Shown here piece by piece: positions 52,620-53,295 of a stretch of 53,295 nt of DNA (positions are counted from its first letter, which is position 1; every line of letters starts with the position of its first letter). The notes under the pieces are model-generated. The model was not told the origin of the DNA and did not search any database. It worked only from the letters and a program-made list of their open reading frames with translations. Source of the stretch: an uncultured Oscillospiraceae bacterium (GTDB lineage Bacteria > Bacillota > Clostridia > Oscillospirales > Oscillospiraceae); contig CANQUO010000001.1 in the NCBI GenBank assembly GCA_947627085.1, positions 1 to 53,295 on the forward strand, in the 5' to 3' direction. Both the position numbers and the translations under genes were made by a program.

Positions 52620-53295
52620 GTGCTTTTTCGCGTTGTTATTCAAGTTAGAAAAATGGCCATGGCAATGTTTTGCACTATCTTAGTTAGAGCAAAACATTCC
52701 AGATGGTTCTTCACATTATGCTTCGTTATGCGGTTGGCAATACACAAAGTATTCTCTACGTTGCTTTCCTCGTTATGAAAGTTTTCCACCGCTTGGCTTT
52801 TTCTGATATAGTGAACGTCAATATAAGCAATTTATAAGTAAAAAAATACAGGCCCTTAATAGTACGACCCGCCCGTAGAGCTTTGGCTCCGGGCGGATTC
52901 TCTTTTATAAATCTGGGCCTACTTGCTGTTCAACCGCTCCTCTCAACCAGGTGAAGACATCTGCTATAGAAACTCGCTGATGGCTTTGCTCTGCAGTTGC
53001 CGAAGCGCTTTGCCGCTGGCATAGTCAAATGGCTCCGCCCAAGCTTTGAGCTTTTCCTAAATCATGGCATCCTTCATGAGGCGGGTATAGTATTTTTGCA
53101 CGCTCGCTTGTGGATTTTCCTTGTATCTACGTTATGAAGCTTCATTTTAAACACTGCCTGATTCTCATTTATGTGCAAGAATCAATTACCGCACATCCGG
53201 CACTGGCGTAGCAAATTACGTAACCGCTCAATAACCTCCCGCCTCCCAAAAGGCTCTCAGGTGTGAGATAATAAGCTCAAAAACTGCAATTGCAG
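52620..53295. other. AT-richer decayed tail with stop-riddled reading-frame relics and no intact ORF
   Basis: No ORF of 60 aa or more is present. Minus-strand relics include ...IDVHYIRKSQAVENFHNEESNVENTLCIANRITKHNVKNHLECFALTKIVQNIAMAIFLT* without a start codon, and ...QKYYTRLMKDAMI*EKLKAWAEPFDYASGKALRQLQSKAISEFL*. Confidence 0.5.

Overview
High-GC Clostridia-like (Firmicutes) chromosomal window, with taxonomy guessed only from composition, RBS style and protein families. No rRNA, tRNA or CRISPR array was recognised. Contents from left to right follow. (1) The 3' part of a membrane Ser/Thr-kinase-like gene. (2) A Phd/YefM-ParE toxin-antitoxin pair whose toxin gene is split by a 160-bp MITE-like element with 19-bp terminal inverted repeats and a TAA target duplication. 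(3) A 1758-aa protein with a type IV prepilin leader and three GLUG-repeat modules. Its upstream region is bracketed by two hix/gix-like 26-bp inverted sites next to a small serine recombinase, which makes it a putative invertible promoter. (4) An ExbB/ExbD-like trio, a radical-SAM enzyme, a 2-hydroxyacid dehydrogenase, an ECF sigma with a five-PepSY anti-sigma, an esterase, a small methyltransferase and a Cu/Zn SOD. (5) Two regulator-headed transport/catabolic loci of unknown substrate. The LacI-headed one holds cupin, ketopantoate-reductase-like, cyclase, three tandem ICL/PEP-mutase paralogues, Liv-type ABC, amidohydrolase, MATE and HPS-like genes. The GntR-headed one holds Liv-type ABC, amidohydrolase, URO-D-like and cysteine-desulfidase-like genes. 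(6) An accessory island with an HTH-methyltransferase fusion, a sigma/anti-sigma pair and a frameshifted small gene. It also carries a four-gene defence cassette (type III Res-like helicase-nuclease, small membrane-anchored protein, type III Mod-like methyltransferase, AbiH) with translational coupling and mosaic base composition, followed by a decayed AT-richer tail. The best leads are the putative inverton plus giant pilin and the Res/small protein/Mod/AbiH cassette. All family calls rest on motifs read by eye, and no database search was run.
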